From Octopus vulgaris (Eukaryota), in the NCBI GenBank assembly GCA_951406725.2, contig OX597825.1:57226001-57290000 (forward strand): DNA of 64,000 bases. The letters are read 5' to 3'. The position numbers and the translations under genes are program-made. Shown here piece by piece: positions 63,590 through 64,000 of the stretch. The notes beneath the pieces are model-generated. The model searched no databases. It saw only the letters and a program-made list of their open reading frames with translations, and was not told the origin of the DNA. Every line of letters begins with the position of its first letter. Positions within the stretch are counted from its first letter, which is position 1.

Positions 63590-64000
63590 CCGTAAATCCT
63601 CGAGTATAGTCCGCCCTTGGGTATAATACGCAGGGGATTTTTAGGGGGCTGTACCTCTGAAAAACCTAAACCTTGTGTATAATACACACCCCTTCTCTAA
63701 CTTGAGTCAAGGAGGTCTATATAACGTCCTTGTTTTGTATATACGGTAACGTCCTTTATTATTATTGTATATATAACATAATGCAAACGTGTAGCTTTTT
63801 TTGTGCATTTTGTTTGTTGAAAATAGAGAAATAACAGTAATAACGTTTAATAAATGTTGCTTACTGCAAGTTATGGATGATTCTTATATGACTTCATTGC
63901 TTTCAGGCTTAGCTTAAGGTATTTTCGCGCCCGACATCACAAAATGTCTGAGTAAACATTGCCGGACAGCAAATAGACTCATACATTGCTTAGAAAATAT
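63590..64000. mobile_element. Tc2/pogo-like DNA transposon end, running off the window
   Basis: TA-CCGTAAATCCTCGAGTATA terminus with subterminal repeats GTATAATAC(G/A)CA. Confidence 0.65.

Overview
Eukaryotic, AT-rich, repeat-dense genomic DNA. The SINE, LINE and microsatellite repertoire strongly resembles an Octopus (coleoid cephalopod) genome; this is inferred from repeat style, not verified. No complete host gene, rRNA, true tRNA or CRISPR array is visible, and nearly all listed ORFs are microsatellite artefacts or decayed transposon fragments. Recognisable elements: a young, nearly intact CR1 LINE ORF2 (29.9-32.9 kb), several RTE LINE pieces, Dong/R4 LINE pieces, a Penelope fragment, an internally deleted mariner, mariner and piggyBac-type MITEs, a decayed hAT transposase, a Gypsy-type solo LTR with a 4-bp TSD, and dozens of tRNA-derived SINEs. 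A CpG-retaining, repeat-poor zone at about 56-59 kb holds two candidate first coding exons on opposite strands. The most unusual signal is a short element present twice (42.3 and 43.2 kb). It combines a 5' fold-back, a tRNA-like Pol III head and a minimal Penelope-type hammerhead ribozyme motif, making it a candidate Penelope-mobilised SINE or 'tRNA-retrozyme'. Another hammerhead motif lies in a Penelope end, interrupted by the CR1 four nt from its predicted cleavage site. Repeat boundaries were read by eye and are approximate.
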